Shown: positions 63,001 to 64,000 of the stretch, piece after piece
Layout of the letters: every line of letters starts with the position of its first letter
How positions within the stretch are numbered: position 1 is the stretch's first letter
Source of the DNA: Cycas panzhihuaensis
Taxonomy: Eukaryota > Plantae > Cycadophyta
Direction of reading: 5' to 3'
DNA: 64,000 nucleotides
Assembly: GCA_023213395.1 (NCBI GenBank)
Contig: CM041465.1
Coordinates: forward strand, 82,963,741-83,027,740
Made by a program: the position numbers and the translations under genes
The notes under the pieces: generated by a model
What the model was told of the DNA's origin: nothing
The model's input: the letters and a program-made list of their open reading frames with translations, nothing else
Database searches by the model: none

Positions 63001-64000
63001 ACTCCTTTGGATGTATTTGGTGTTGAACTATTGGTTACCAAATATAATGTATTCATTACTTTTCTCTGCGTGAGAGGCAAATCCTCTCAACCTTCATTTA
63101 GGTGTCTACTTTGAGTATCATTACGACTATGTGAGCTATATCACAACTGTCATACCTCCATTAACCAGTTATATCTTTATTTTTTGTTGTTGGCCTTTTC
63201 TTGGCTTCATTGTGATCTGTGTGAGCTTGTGTAAGTAGAGTAAATCCTTCTCCATGGCTCTAGTGGATCTCCCTCTCCATGATGACTTTCATGACTATAT
63301 CAATGGCTCCTCTACATTTGAATCCCCATAGTTTTTTAGCTATCGTTTACTATTCATAAATGAACTCGCATAGCCAACTTTTAGCGTGATGGCAAATGAC
63401 TCTACTCCTTATTCTTGCTCCTCTATGGTGATTTGTTTGGTCTGTCTCTATGTGACGTCCCTTATGGTTACTGCATATAATAATGTTTTTTTGTTTGGTT
63501 GTCATCTATGTGTAATCGCCCCTCTATGCATTGTCGATTCTCTGCATGGGCTATGAAGATGCCTCTCTTATGGCTTGAGATTGATGATATGACCTATAAG
63601 TTAGGTGTATAAGATTTATTTTGACCTAAAGGCATTTTTTATTGGGAATTTGATTGATCTACTATTAATAGAGGATTTAATCAATGTTACTAGCTTTATA
63701 TCATTCATGTACATTGTGGGCCTAATGGAATTGCATCATATGACCACTCTAAATAATCCTGGCTACATCCTTCCCTCACTAGAGAAATTAGATTAAAATT
63801 TCATAGCTTCCATAAAGAGATCTAGTCCCCTATATCTAACTTGTGTTGTCATTTTTTAAAAATCCTATCATTTTATTTATTTATTTACTATGAAGTTAAA
63901 TTTTTTAGGTTATTAAAATTAGCATATTCATAGAATAGTCCTTTCTTGATAAAGGTCTCTAACCTAAAATTGTTATTTTATCATTTTTTGAGCTTTTTAG

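Overview
This is AT-rich eukaryotic DNA from a land plant with a large genome (gymnosperm-like; taxon is inferred). About 80% of it is decayed, partly nested LTR retrotransposons. Two related non-chromoviral Ty3/gypsy elements are primed by tRNA-Glu: A (1-6359, runs off the window start) and D (23996-30020, internally deleted). Two full-length chromoviral Ty3/gypsy elements have paired LTRs and TSDs: C (10917-16414) and F (36044-42644). Two Ty1/copia relics are present: B (6490-9892) and E (~32600-45200, split by F inside its integrase). There are also several solo or orphan LTRs and tandem duplications. The only host gene sequence recognised is the last exon of a BAT1/GABA-permease-type amino-acid transporter, present twice in a ~2.75-kb tandem duplication; the second copy has lost its splice acceptor. 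Three observations stand out. (1) The A/D LTRs carry segments matching the D-arm and anticodon arm of the same tRNA-Glu(CUC) used at their short PBS, suggesting a multipartite primer-binding system. (2) Two extra capsid-like domains lie between protease and RT in A. (3) The 5' leaders of the unrelated copia E and gypsy F share a two-block motif. tRNA and protein comparisons were made from memory, without database searches.
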